This document shows positions 27,178 through 35,539 of a stretch of 64,000 bases of DNA, one piece after another (position 1 is the first letter of the stretch; every line of letters starts with the position of its first letter). Both the position numbers and the translations under genes were made by a program. The notes beneath the pieces are model-generated. The model ran no database searches. It saw only the letters and a list, made by a program, of their open reading frames with translations, and was not told the origin of the DNA. Source of the DNA: an uncultured Spirochaetales bacterium (GTDB lineage: Bacteria; Myxococcota_A; UBA9160; SMWR01); the NCBI GenBank assembly GCA_964624475.1, contig CAZUYC010000136.1:4040-68039 (forward strand). Reading direction: 5' to 3'.

Positions 27178-28391
27178 GCCGCCTCCTCCCAGGGGTGTGC
27201 CGAGGCGCGGAAGCCGCGCTCGTCGGCGAGGCGGAGCGCGGCCGCGCGCACCGCGGGATCGAAGAAATCCGGGCGCCCGAGCAGGTGCTCGGGGTAGACC
27301 GGGAGCCGCTCGACCAGGCGCTGGCCCGCCGCGGCGGTGACGCGCGCGAGCTCGCGGAGCTTCGGCCACGGCGCCTCGGGGTTGATCCAGTCGATCGTGA
27401 GCGGCGAGACGCCGCCCCAGTCGTTGAGCCCCGAGCGCGCGAGCAGCGCCAGCGCCTCGGGCGCGAGGTTCGGCGGCGCCTGCACGTTCATCTCCGGGCC
27501 GAGCACGAGGCGGGCCAGCGCGACCCAGCCCGCGACCTCGGCGTCGCAGAGGGGGGGAGTCGCCGCCATCGCCGTCCCGGGTTTCGGGTGGAAGGGCTGG
27601 ACGATCACCTCCTGGACGTGGTCGTGCTTCTCGGCGACCTCGCGGATCGCGAGCAGCGTGTCGACGCGCTCGACCGCGTCCTCGCCGATCCCGAGCAGGA
27701 TCCCGCTCGTGAAGGGGATGCGCAGCTCGCCGGCCTCCTCATGCATGCGCAGGCGCACGGCGGGGTCCTTGTCGGGGGCCCAGTAGTGCGCGCCGCCGCG
27801 GCGGCGCAGGCGCTGGCTCGTCGTCTCGAGCATGAGCCCCATCGACGCGTTCCAGCGCCGCAGCCGCTCCATCTCCGCCGCCGAGAGGATCCCCGCGTTC
27901 GTGTGCGGAAGGAGCCCCCCCTCGAACGAGGCCTGGCAGGCCTGCTCCAGGTAGCCGGCGGTCGAAGCCAGGCCGCGCTCGTGCAGCCACGCCCGGTGCG
28001 ACGCGTGCGCCTTCTCGGGCTTGTCGCCGAGGCAGAAGAGCGCCTCGCTGCAGCCCGCGCGCACGCCCTCGCGCGTGAGCTCCCCGACCTCTTCCAGCGT
28101 CCAGGTCTTGGCGAGCGGATCGTCGGAAAGCTTCGCGAAGGTGCAGTAGCCGCAGCGGTCGCGACACAGGTTGGTGAGAGGGATGAAGACGTTGCGCGAG
28201 ACGCTCAGGAGATCGCCCTTCCCGCGGAGCTTGCTCGCGAAGGCCCCCGCGAGCACCGCCTCGCGGACGAGCGGGTCGCCGAGCGCCGCGCCCAGGCGCT
28301 CGGCCGGGGCGCGCTCGATCGCTCGCGCGTCGACGGCGCGCGCCACGAGGCGCTCGGCCTCGCGCAGCGGAAGGGAGGGGGGCGCAGACAT
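27174..28391 (-). CDS. cofG: FO synthase subunit 1 CofG (radical SAM)
   Basis: RNVFIPLTNLCRDRCGYCTF matches the CofG / FbiC N-terminal half signature from memory. Confidence 0.85.
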   Translation of the reverse strand: MSAPPSLPLREAERLVARAVDARAIERAPAERLGAALGDPLVREAVLAGAFASKLRGKGDLLSVSRNVFIPLTNLCRDRCGYCTFAKLSDDPLAKTWTLEEVGELTREGVRAGCSEALFCLGDKPEKAHASHRAWLHERGLASTAGYLEQACQASFEGGLLPHTNAGILSAAEMERLRRWNASMGLMLETTSQRLRRRGGAHYWAPDKDPAVRLRMHEEAGELRIPFTSGILLGIGEDAVERVDTLLAIREVAEKHDHVQEVIVQPFHPKPGTAMAATPPLCDAEVAGWVALARLVLGPEMNVQAPPNLAPEALALLARSGLNDWGGVSPLTIDWINPEAPWPKLRELARVTAAAGQRLVERLPVYPEHLLGRPDFFDPAVRAAALRLADERGFRASAHPWEEAA

Positions 28392-28441
28392 GCAGGGGCT
28401 CGCTCTCTCGCCCGGCCGGGGCGGTGCGACCGGAGCCGGGA

Positions 28442-30196
28442 CTATACCACCACGTCCGGGGCTCCGACGAAGGCGCGCAGCCGCTCGGGATCGGTCCGCT
28501 GCAGGAACTCACCGGCGGGGAGGCCCTCCGGGTTCTGGTCGCGCACGGCCCGCAGGAGCCCGACCAGGACCGCGACCATCCGCTCCTCGGGGACGCGGGA
28601 GTAGAGCACCCGGGCGAGCCGGCTCCCCTCGCGCGAGCCGCCCACCAGCACCACGTGCTCGTTCTTCCCGTAGCCGTAGATCCCGATCTCGGCCGTCGGC
28701 GGGCGCACGCAGTTGTTGGGGCAGCCGGTCATGCGGATCACGACGTCCACCTCGCCGAGCCCCGCCTGCTCGATGGCGTCGAGGTAGCTCGGCAGGATGC
28801 GCTCGGCCTCGGTCATCGCGAGCCCGCAGGTGGGCTTGGCCGGGCAGGCCATGGCGAGGCGGCGCACGCGCGAGATCGACTCCGGTCGCGGCACGCCGTG
28901 GGCGTCGAGGATCTTTTCCAGCGCGGCGGGCTCGGCCACGTCGCAGAGCAGGAGGTCCTGCTGCGCCGTCAGGCGCACCGTGAGGCCGAGCTCCTCCACC
29001 GCCTCCCGGACCGCGCGGCGCAGCCCCGGCTGCATCCGGCCGTTCTCGACCGAGATCCCGTAGAAGCGCCGGCCGTCGGCCTGGGGATGCCAGCCCAAGA
29101 AGAGCTCGAGCGGCGGCAGCGGCGCGGGCGGCGCGTCCTCGATCGCGATCCCGAAGCGGCCGCGAAGCTCCGCCTTCACCTTGTCGACGCCGAGCCGGCG
29201 GATCGTGTACTTCCAGCGCGCCTGGCGCCGGTCGCGGCGCTCGCCGTGCTCCTTCTGGAGGATCGCGATCGCCTTCGCGGCGGCGACGACCTCTTCGCGC
29301 TGGATGCGCCCGAGGTGGAGGCCGAGGAGCGCGGCGGTCTGCGGGTTGTTGTGCGTCAGGCCGAGGCCGCCGCCGCTATAGAGATCCCAGCTGGAGCCGT
29401 CGGCGCCGCCGCCGTTCGCGACCGGTACGAAGCCGATGTCCTGCGTCAGCACGTCGATCGAGTTGTCCGAGGGGTGCGCAATCCCGATCTTGAACTTCCG
29501 CGGCAGGTAGTGGTGACCATAGATCGGCTCGTCGGAGTTGATCGGCCCGAGGCTGCGCCCGGTGTCGTCGGACGCGAAGACCTGGAAGTAGGCGGAGGAG
29601 CGCGGCGCGAGCTCCTCGGCGATCTCGAGCGCGAGCTCGCGGCCTCCCGTCGCATGCTCGGGGTCGAGCCCCTCGACGGGCGAGCACATGACGTTGCGGT
29701 TCACGTCGCCGCAGGCGCCGAGCGTGGCGGCCCGGCGGTACTCGCGGTTCAGGTGGCGCACGAGAGGGCCGAGGTCCGGGCCGCGCACGTGGTGGAACTG
29801 GACGCCCTGGCGCGAGGTGATGCGGATCGTGCCGTCGGCGAAGCGCTCGGCGGCGGCGTCGAGGGCGGCCCACCTGCGGGCGTCGAAGCTCCCGCCGGCG
29901 GGGTTCTTGATCCGCACCATGAAGATGTAGTCGTGCGTCTTGCGGCCGCGCTCCCCGCGGATCTGCTGCTTGTAGATGCCGAAGAACTTGGAGAGCTCCT
30001 TGGCCTCGTTCGAGAGGGTCTCGCGCTCGCCCTTCTCGAGCGCTGCGACCTCGTCTCCGAAGGCGTGCCGGTCGCCGGGCGAGGCGACGTAGAAGAGGCC
30101 CTCGCTCTCGACCTTGAGGCGCTCGTTCTTCGACATGGCGGCGAGGCCGCCCGTGAGGAGGCTCACGGGCACGGGCAGCTTCGAGTCCTCGGCCAT
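28442..30196 (-). CDS. Sulfite reductase hemoprotein (siroheme/4Fe-4S; CysI/Sir family)
   Basis: It has LPRKFKIG and TGCPNNCVRP, with a duplicated nitrite/sulfite reductase fold pattern. Possible starts are ATG 30196 or 30229. Confidence 0.9.
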   Translation of the reverse strand: MAEDSKLPVPVSLLTGGLAAMSKNERLKVESEGLFYVASPGDRHAFGDEVAALEKGERETLSNEAKELSKFFGIYKQQIRGERGRKTHDYIFMVRIKNPAGGSFDARRWAALDAAAERFADGTIRITSRQGVQFHHVRGPDLGPLVRHLNREYRRAATLGACGDVNRNVMCSPVEGLDPEHATGGRELALEIAEELAPRSSAYFQVFASDDTGRSLGPINSDEPIYGHHYLPRKFKIGIAHPSDNSIDVLTQDIGFVPVANGGGADGSSWDLYSGGGLGLTHNNPQTAALLGLHLGRIQREEVVAAAKAIAILQKEHGERRDRRQARWKYTIRRLGVDKVKAELRGRFGIAIEDAPPAPLPPLELFLGWHPQADGRRFYGISVENGRMQPGLRRAVREAVEELGLTVRLTAQQDLLLCDVAEPAALEKILDAHGVPRPESISRVRRLAMACPAKPTCGLAMTEAERILPSYLDAIEQAGLGEVDVVIRMTGCPNNCVRPPTAEIGIYGYGKNEHVVLVGGSREGSRLARVLYSRVPEERMVAVLVGLLRAVRDQNPEGLPAGEFLQRTDPERLRAFVGAPDVVV

Positions 30197-30293
30197 TCGG
30201 GGAGCTCTTCCATGGGGGCGGCGCGCCACACCCCGGGGGACTCGAGCGTAGCACCGGCGGGATTCCCGTGGCAGCTCGGCCTGGCCCGATGAG

Positions 30294-30372
30294 CTTCGCT
30301 CGCCGGCCCTGCGGGGGCCTGCCTTCGCTCGCCTTCGGCTCGCTGCGCGCTCCGCTTGCCCTCGCTGCGCGG
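30294..30372 (+). repeat. Dispersed GC-rich repeat, 1 full unit plus fragments
   Basis: The sequence is ...CCTGCGGGGGCCTGCCTTCGCTCGCCTTCGGCTCGCTGCGCGCTCCGCTTGCC followed by CTCGCTGCGCGG. It lies between folB and the sulfite reductase gene. Confidence 0.85.
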
Positions 30373-30396
30373 AGGCCGACTCTCGAGTCGGCCTCC
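30371..30396 (-). terminator. Hairpin overlapping the folB stop codon
   Basis: The structure is GGAGGCCGACT-CTCG-AGTCGGCCTCC, an 11-bp stem with a tetraloop. There is no clear U-run. Confidence 0.4.
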
Positions 30397-30764
30397 TAGG
30401 AGAGCTCGGCGCGCGTGCGCCGGATTCGGACCCCGGCGTGCTGGAGCACGCCCGCGATGGGGGTCGGCTTGCGCACCGTCACGGTCACCGCTTCGGCCGG
30501 GAAGCGGCCGAGCACGGCGCGGGCGATCCGATCGCCGAGGGCCTCGACGAGCTTGTGCTGCTGGTTCGCGGCGACGTCCTCCACCACCTCGAAGATGCGC
30601 TTGTAGTGGAGGGTCTGCCCGATGCGGTCCGACGCGCCCGCCGAGCGCAGGTCGTACTCGACCTCGAGGTCGAGCATCACCGGGCGCCGCGCCCGGCGCT
30701 CGGCGGCGGTCACGCCGAGCGCGGCCGGAACCTGGATGCCCTCGAGCAGGATCGCGTCCTTCAT
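30396..30764 (-). CDS. folB: Dihydroneopterin aldolase
   Basis: This is the 3' part of track ORF 30396..31838, starting at ATG 30764. It has LGVTAAERRARRPVMLDLEV, HYKRIFEVV and LVEALGDRIA. Confidence 0.85.
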   Translation of the reverse strand: MKDAILLEGIQVPAALGVTAAERRARRPVMLDLEVEYDLRSAGASDRIGQTLHYKRIFEVVEDVAANQQHKLVEALGDRIARAVLGRFPAEAVTVTVRKPTPIAGVLQHAGVRIRRTRAELS

Positions 30765-30863
30765 CGGATCTCCCGGGCGATGCGGCCGACCGGCCGGGGC
30801 GCCCGGCTTGACGCTAGCGCCCCGAGCCTCGAAGCTCACGCATTCGACCCCCCGGAGAGCCCG

Positions 30864-32066
30864 ATGAGCACCCGGACCATCGACGAAGCCCGCAAGCTCG
30901 AAGCCGCCTGCTTCCTCCCCGTGGTCAAGCGCCAGCCGGCGATCCTCGTCGAAGGCCGCGGCTCCCGCGTGCGCGACAGCCAGGGGCGCGAGTACGTCGA
31001 CCTGATCGCCGGCTGGGCCGTCTGCTGCCTGGGGCACTGTCACCCCGGGCTCGTGCGCGCCATCTCCGAGCAGGCGGGCCGGCTCATGCAGACGACCAAC
31101 GTCTTCTACAACGAGCCCCAGCTCGAGCTCCTGCGCCGGCTCGCGGCGCTCACGAACGGGGCGGTGCCGCACTCCTTCATCGTGAACTCCGGGACGGAAG
31201 CGATCGAGGGGGCGCTGAAGGTCGCGCACCGCGCCACGGGCCGGACGAAGTTCGTCTCGACGCAGAACTCCTTCCACGGGCGCACGCTCGGCGCGCTGCG
31301 CCTGATCGGGAACCCGAAGCACCGCGATCCCTACCGGGCGCTGCTCCCGGAGACCGCGATCATCCCCTTCGACGACCTCGACGCCGCGCGCCGCGCCGTG
31401 GACGACTCGACCGCGGCCTTCTTCGTCGAGCCGATCCAGGGCGAGGGAGGAGTGAACGTCCCGCGCGACGGCTACCTCGCGGGCCTGCGCGAGATTTGCG
31501 ACCGGCGCGGCGCGCTGCTCGTCGCCGACGAGGTGCAGACCGGGATCGGGCGCACGGGCAGCATGCTCGCGGTGCAGCACGAGGGCGTGATCCCCGACGT
31601 GATCGCGCTCGGCAAGGGCCTCGGCGGCGGCTTCCCGGTCGGGGCCTTCCTGGTGACCGACGCCGTCGCGAAGACCGTGCAGCTCGGCGACCACGGCACC
31701 ACCTACGGCGGGAACCCGCTCGCCTGCGCCGCCGCCAACGCGGTGCTCCAGATCGTCTCCGAGGAGAAGCTCCCCGAGCGCGCCGCGCGCCTCGGCGGGC
31801 GCCTGCTCGAGCGCCTCGCCGAGTTCGCCCGCGCGCACCCGGACCTCGTCGAGACGGTGCGCGGCCGCGGCCTGCTCTGCGGCCTCGTGCTCCGCGACGC
31901 CGAGCGCGCGGCGACGATCCCGTTCGCGGCGCTCGAGAAGCGCGTGCTCGTGAACGTCACCGCCGGCCGCGTGGTGCGCTTCTTCCCGGCGCTCAACATC
32001 CCCGAGGAGGACCTCTGGTCGGGCGTGGAGACGGTGCTCGACCTCGTCGCCGGCGCGAAGAGTTAA
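30864..32066 (+). CDS. argD: Class III aminotransferase (acetylornithine aminotransferase-like)
   Basis: This is the 3' part of track ORF 30438..32066, starting at ATG 30864. It has NSGTEAIEGALK, DEVQTGIGRTG and THGTTYGGNPLACAA-type motifs. Confidence 0.85.
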   Translation: MSTRTIDEARKLEAACFLPVVKRQPAILVEGRGSRVRDSQGREYVDLIAGWAVCCLGHCHPGLVRAISEQAGRLMQTTNVFYNEPQLELLRRLAALTNGAVPHSFIVNSGTEAIEGALKVAHRATGRTKFVSTQNSFHGRTLGALRLIGNPKHRDPYRALLPETAIIPFDDLDAARRAVDDSTAAFFVEPIQGEGGVNVPRDGYLAGLREICDRRGALLVADEVQTGIGRTGSMLAVQHEGVIPDVIALGKGLGGGFPVGAFLVTDAVAKTVQLGDHGTTYGGNPLACAAANAVLQIVSEEKLPERAARLGGRLLERLAEFARAHPDLVETVRGRGLLCGLVLRDAERAATIPFAALEKRVLVNVTAGRVVRFFPALNIPEEDLWSGVETVLDLVAGAKS

Positions 32067-32116
32067 CCCGGGGCGAGGCGCGCGCCTGGGCGCGCCGGCC
32101 GGTCGCCGCAGCTCGG

Positions 32117-32145
32117 TTGACGCGCCGGCACGCCGGATCGATACT
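32117..32145 (+). promoter_or_regulatory. Putative sigma70-type promoter of the ELWxxDGT gene
   Basis: The pattern is TTGACG-N17-GATACT, about 40 nt upstream of ATG 32184. GGGGGA lies 8 nt before the start codon. Confidence 0.35.
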
Positions 32146-32183
32146 GGCGTTCTGATCGCACTCCCGCCTTCGGGGGATCCCGG

Positions 32184-35027
32184 ATGCTCCGGCCGACCCT
32201 TCTCGGGTTACTCGCCGGGTGCTCGTGCGCGCTGGTGGGCGTCGCCTCCGCCCAGGCACCTGCCGAGCTGGTGAAGGACATCAATACGGTCCCGACCCCG
32301 GCGAGCTCCGCTCCGTCGGAGCTCGTGACCCTCGGAGCGACCACCTTCTTCGTCGCGACGACACCGCAGCTCGGCGCCGAGCTCTGGAAGACCGATGGGA
32401 CGGCGGCGGGGACCGTCCTCGTGAAGGACATCCGGCCCGGATTCGACGGCTCCGCCCCCGGCTGCCTCGGCTCGCTGAACGGAACGCTCCTGTTCCGGGC
32501 CAACGACGGGACGAGCGGGGCCGAGCTCTGGAAGAGCGACGGCAGCGAGGCCGGCACCGTGCTCGTGAAGGACGTCGAGCCGGGGCCCGGCAGCTCCCAG
32601 CCCTGCTACTTCGTCGACGTGAACGGGATCGCCTTCTTCGCGGCCTCCGACGGCCCGAGCGGGAGCGAGCTCTGGAGGAGCGACGGAACCGAAGCGGGAA
32701 CCGTGCGGGTGAAGGACCTCTTCCCCGGGATCTGGAGTTCCTACCCGTACCAGCTCAGCGAGGTGGACGGAACGCTCCTCTTCTTCGCCACGGGGAGCTT
32801 CACGGGTACGGAGCTCTGGAAGAGCGACGGGACGGCGGCGGGGACGACGCTCGTGAGGGAGATCGGCCCGGGGGCGCAGAGCGGGCCCGGGGCCGCCGCG
32901 CCGGCCGTGGTGAACGGAACCCTCTTCTTCGCCGCCAACGACTCCGTCACCGGGAGCGAGCTCTGGAAGAGCGACGGAACCGAAGCGGGGACCGTGCGGG
33001 TGAAGGACATCCGACCGGGCTCGGCGAGCTCCGCCCCCGAGAGCTTCCTCGACCGGAACGGAGCCCTCTTCTTCCGGGCGAACGACGGTGCTACCGGGAT
33101 CGAGCTCTGGACGAGCGATGGCAGCGAGGTGGGCACGGTCCTGGTGAAGGACATCCGACCGGGCGCATTGAGCTCCACACCCGATGGACTCACCGACCTG
33201 AACGGCACGCTCTTGTTCCGGGCCTTCGACGGCTTCAACGGTCTCTGGCGGAGCGACGGGACCACGGCCGGGACGGCCCTCGTCGAGTATGTGTCGCCCA
33301 GCGTCGGGAGCACGAGGCCGCCCACCGTCGTGAACGGGACGCTCTTCTTCGCCGCCAGCGACGGGGTGACGGGAATCGAGCTCTGGAAGAGCGACGGGAC
33401 CGCGGCCGGGACGCAGCAGGTCGAGGACATCCGGCCGGGGTCGGCGTCCTCGAGCCCCGATCAGCTCGAGAGCGCCAACGGAGTTCTCCTCTTCGCGGCT
33501 TCCGACGGAACGGATTCCCAGCTCGAGCTCTGGAGGAGCGACGGAACGGAAGCGGGGACCGCGCTGGTCGCGGACATCGCGTCCGCGCCCGGGAGCTCGA
33601 CGCCCGACCGCTTCAGCGTGGTGGGCGGGACGCTCTTCTTCCGGACCAGCGACGGCGCGGGCGGAGCCGAGCTCTGGAGCAGCGACGCAACGGAGGCGGG
33701 GACCGCCCGGGTGAAGGACATCCGGCCCGGGCCCGCCGGCTCCGACCCCGGTCCTCTCGTCGGTCTCGGCGGGATGCTCTTCTTCGCGGCCGACGACGGC
33801 ACGAGCGGTAGAGAGCTCTGGAAGAGCGACGGCAGCGAGACGGGAACCCTGCGGGTCGAAGACATCGCCGCGGGGCCTGCGGGTTCCTCCCCCGAGGAGC
33901 TCACCGCCGTCGATGGAACGCTCTTCTTCGTGGCCGACGACGGCGCGAGCGGACTCGAGCTCTGGAAGAGCGACGGCAGCGAGACGGGAACCCTGCTGGT
34001 GAAGGACATCATTCCCTGGTACGAGAGCTCCAACCCCACGCATCTCACCGACGTGAACGGTACGCTCTTCTTCGCGGCGAACGACGCCTCGACGGGAAAC
34101 GAGCTCTGGAAGAGCGACGGGACCGAGGCGGGGACGGTGCAGGTGAAGGACATCGTGCCCGGCTCCGAGTCCTCGGTACCCAGCGATCTCACCGACCTGA
34201 ACGGAACGCTGCTCTTCGCGGCCTCCGACGGGCCGAACGGGAGAGAGGTCTGGAGGAGCGACGGGGCGGCGGCCGGAACGCTGCTGGTCAAGGACCTCTG
34301 GCCGGGGCCGGACGACTCCAATCCCAGCTCGCTCACCAACGTGAACGGCGCGCTCTTCTTCGTCGCCGACAACGGCGCGGGAGGCACCGAGCTCTTCAGC
34401 AGCGACGGCACGCTCGCCGGAACCCACTTCGTGGAAGACATCCTCCCGGGCGGCGGAAGCCCGAGCCTCGCGGCGCTCGCGAACGCGGGCGGGGCGCTCG
34501 CCTTCTCGGCGAACGACGGCGCGAGCGGAGCCGAGCCCTGGGCCAGCAACGGGAACGTGTTCGGGACCTTCCGCGTCGCCGACGTGGAGCCGGGAACGCT
34601 CGGCTCGAGCCCCTCCGGGTTCTCGACCGTGGGCTCGCTCACCCTCTTCGCGGCCCAGAACCAGGAGACGGGGCGAGAGCTCTGGGCGATTCCGACGAGC
34701 GCGCTCTTCGACGCCGACGGCGACGGTCTCGACGACGCCGCGGAGGCGTCCCTCGGGACCAACCCGAACGACCCCGACAGCGACGACGACCTGCTCGAAG
34801 ACGGCGCCGAGGTGAACGCGCACGGGACCGATCCCCTCGATCCCGACACCGACGGCGATGGCTTCGGGGACGGGGACGAGGTCGCCGAGGGATCGGATCC
34901 GCTCGATCCGCGCTCCCCGCCGCCGATCCCGGTGCCCGCGCTCCCCGCCTGGGGAGGCGCCGTCCTCGCGGCCTTCTTCGGGGCATCGGGCTTCTTGCGC
35001 CTGCGCGCCGCGCGCCGCGGGGACTAG
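32184..35027 (+). CDS. ELWxxDGT-repeat surface protein with TSP3-like Ca-binding repeats and IPTL-CTERM-like tail
   Basis: The signal peptide is LLGLLAGCSCALVGVASAQA. About 16 units follow of G-x-ELW-x-SDG-x-x-AGT-x-LVKDI-x-PG...NG-x-LFF. Next come DxDxDGxxDxxE-type repeats (DADGDGLDDAAE, DPDTDGDGFGDGDE). The C-terminus is IPVPALPAWGGAVLAAFFGASGFLRLRAARRGD. Confidence 0.9.
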   Translation: MLRPTLLGLLAGCSCALVGVASAQAPAELVKDINTVPTPASSAPSELVTLGATTFFVATTPQLGAELWKTDGTAAGTVLVKDIRPGFDGSAPGCLGSLNGTLLFRANDGTSGAELWKSDGSEAGTVLVKDVEPGPGSSQPCYFVDVNGIAFFAASDGPSGSELWRSDGTEAGTVRVKDLFPGIWSSYPYQLSEVDGTLLFFATGSFTGTELWKSDGTAAGTTLVREIGPGAQSGPGAAAPAVVNGTLFFAANDSVTGSELWKSDGTEAGTVRVKDIRPGSASSAPESFLDRNGALFFRANDGATGIELWTSDGSEVGTVLVKDIRPGALSSTPDGLTDLNGTLLFRAFDGFNGLWRSDGTTAGTALVEYVSPSVGSTRPPTVVNGTLFFAASDGVTGIELWKSDGTAAGTQQVEDIRPGSASSSPDQLESANGVLLFAASDGTDSQLELWRSDGTEAGTALVADIASAPGSSTPDRFSVVGGTLFFRTSDGAGGAELWSSDATEAGTARVKDIRPGPAGSDPGPLVGLGGMLFFAADDGTSGRELWKSDGSETGTLRVEDIAAGPAGSSPEELTAVDGTLFFVADDGASGLELWKSDGSETGTLLVKDIIPWYESSNPTHLTDVNGTLFFAANDASTGNELWKSDGTEAGTVQVKDIVPGSESSVPSDLTDLNGTLLFAASDGPNGREVWRSDGAAAGTLLVKDLWPGPDDSNPSSLTNVNGALFFVADNGAGGTELFSSDGTLAGTHFVEDILPGGGSPSLAALANAGGALAFSANDGASGAEPWASNGNVFGTFRVADVEPGTLGSSPSGFSTVGSLTLFAAQNQETGRELWAIPTSALFDADGDGLDDAAEASLGTNPNDPDSDDDLLEDGAEVNAHGTDPLDPDTDGDGFGDGDEVAEGSDPLDPRSPPPIPVPALPAWGGAVLAAFFGASGFLRLRAARRGD
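32370..34690 (+). repeat. Intragenic tandem repeats (about 175-bp units) encoding the ELWxxDGT blades
   Basis: Units share long near-identical DNA stretches. For example, 32660-32727 and 32953-33020 are roughly 90 percent identical by eye. Confidence 0.8.
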
Positions 35028-35050
35028 CCGGCGGGAGTCGGAGGCGCGGC

Positions 35051-35539
35051 CTACGCGCTGCCTCCGGCCGCCCGGCGCGTGGCCTCGACGGCGAAGCCGA
35101 TCCCCTCCCGCGCGGCGAAGTCCCGCATCGCGTCGAGCATGCCCGCGGTCTCGCCCTGCGGCGGCTCCGCGCACTCGAGGCGGAAGCGCACGCGCTTGCC
35201 CGCGTAGTGCGGATAGTCGCGCCCGAGGTAGCCGCCCTGGACGTAGCCGAGGTAGGCGTTGAACTTCTCCTCGAGCTGGCCGAGCTGGAGGGGATCGCTC
35301 CCCCACGCGCGCGTCTCGAGCATCTGGAGCTCGACACAGTCCTGCGTGGGATCGAGCCGCACCAGGTCCACGACCCGCGGGTTGTGGACGCCGCGCTCCT
35401 CCGGCCTCAGCGGGGGCCCGTCTCCGCTCGGCTTCGCCTCGCTGCGCGCTTCGCTTGCTGCGGCCTTGGGCCTCAGCGGGGGCCCGCCTTCGCTCGCCTC
35501 CGGCTCGCTGCGCGGCCGCTCCGCGGCCTTGCTATCCAC
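35051..35539 (-). CDS. Hypothetical protein (small alpha/beta domain, DUF-like)
   Basis: The conserved-looking core runs from HNPRVVDLVRLDP to the end and has high GC3. The first 45 codons of the track ORF are repeat-element sequence. An alternative start is GTG 35371. Confidence 0.6.
   Translation of the reverse strand: MDSKAAERPRSEPEASEGGPPLRPKAAASEARSEAKPSGDGPPLRPEERGVHNPRVVDLVRLDPTQDCVELQMLETRAWGSDPLQLGQLEEKFNAYLGYVQGGYLGRDYPHYAGKRVRFRLECAEPPQGETAGMLDAMRDFAAREGIGFAVEATRRAAGGSA
35403..35532 (+). repeat. Dispersed GC-rich repeat, 2 tandem units (66-bp period)
   Basis: Both units begin GGCCTCAGCGGGGGCCCG and carry the 24-nt core. They lie at the boundary of two minus-strand genes. Confidence 0.9.

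Noticed and set aside
32370-34690. Highly repetitive DNA read as a mobile element or satellite.
   Set aside because: The periodicity corresponds exactly to in-frame protein repeats (ELWxxDGT blades) within one intact ORF that has a signal peptide and a sorting tail.
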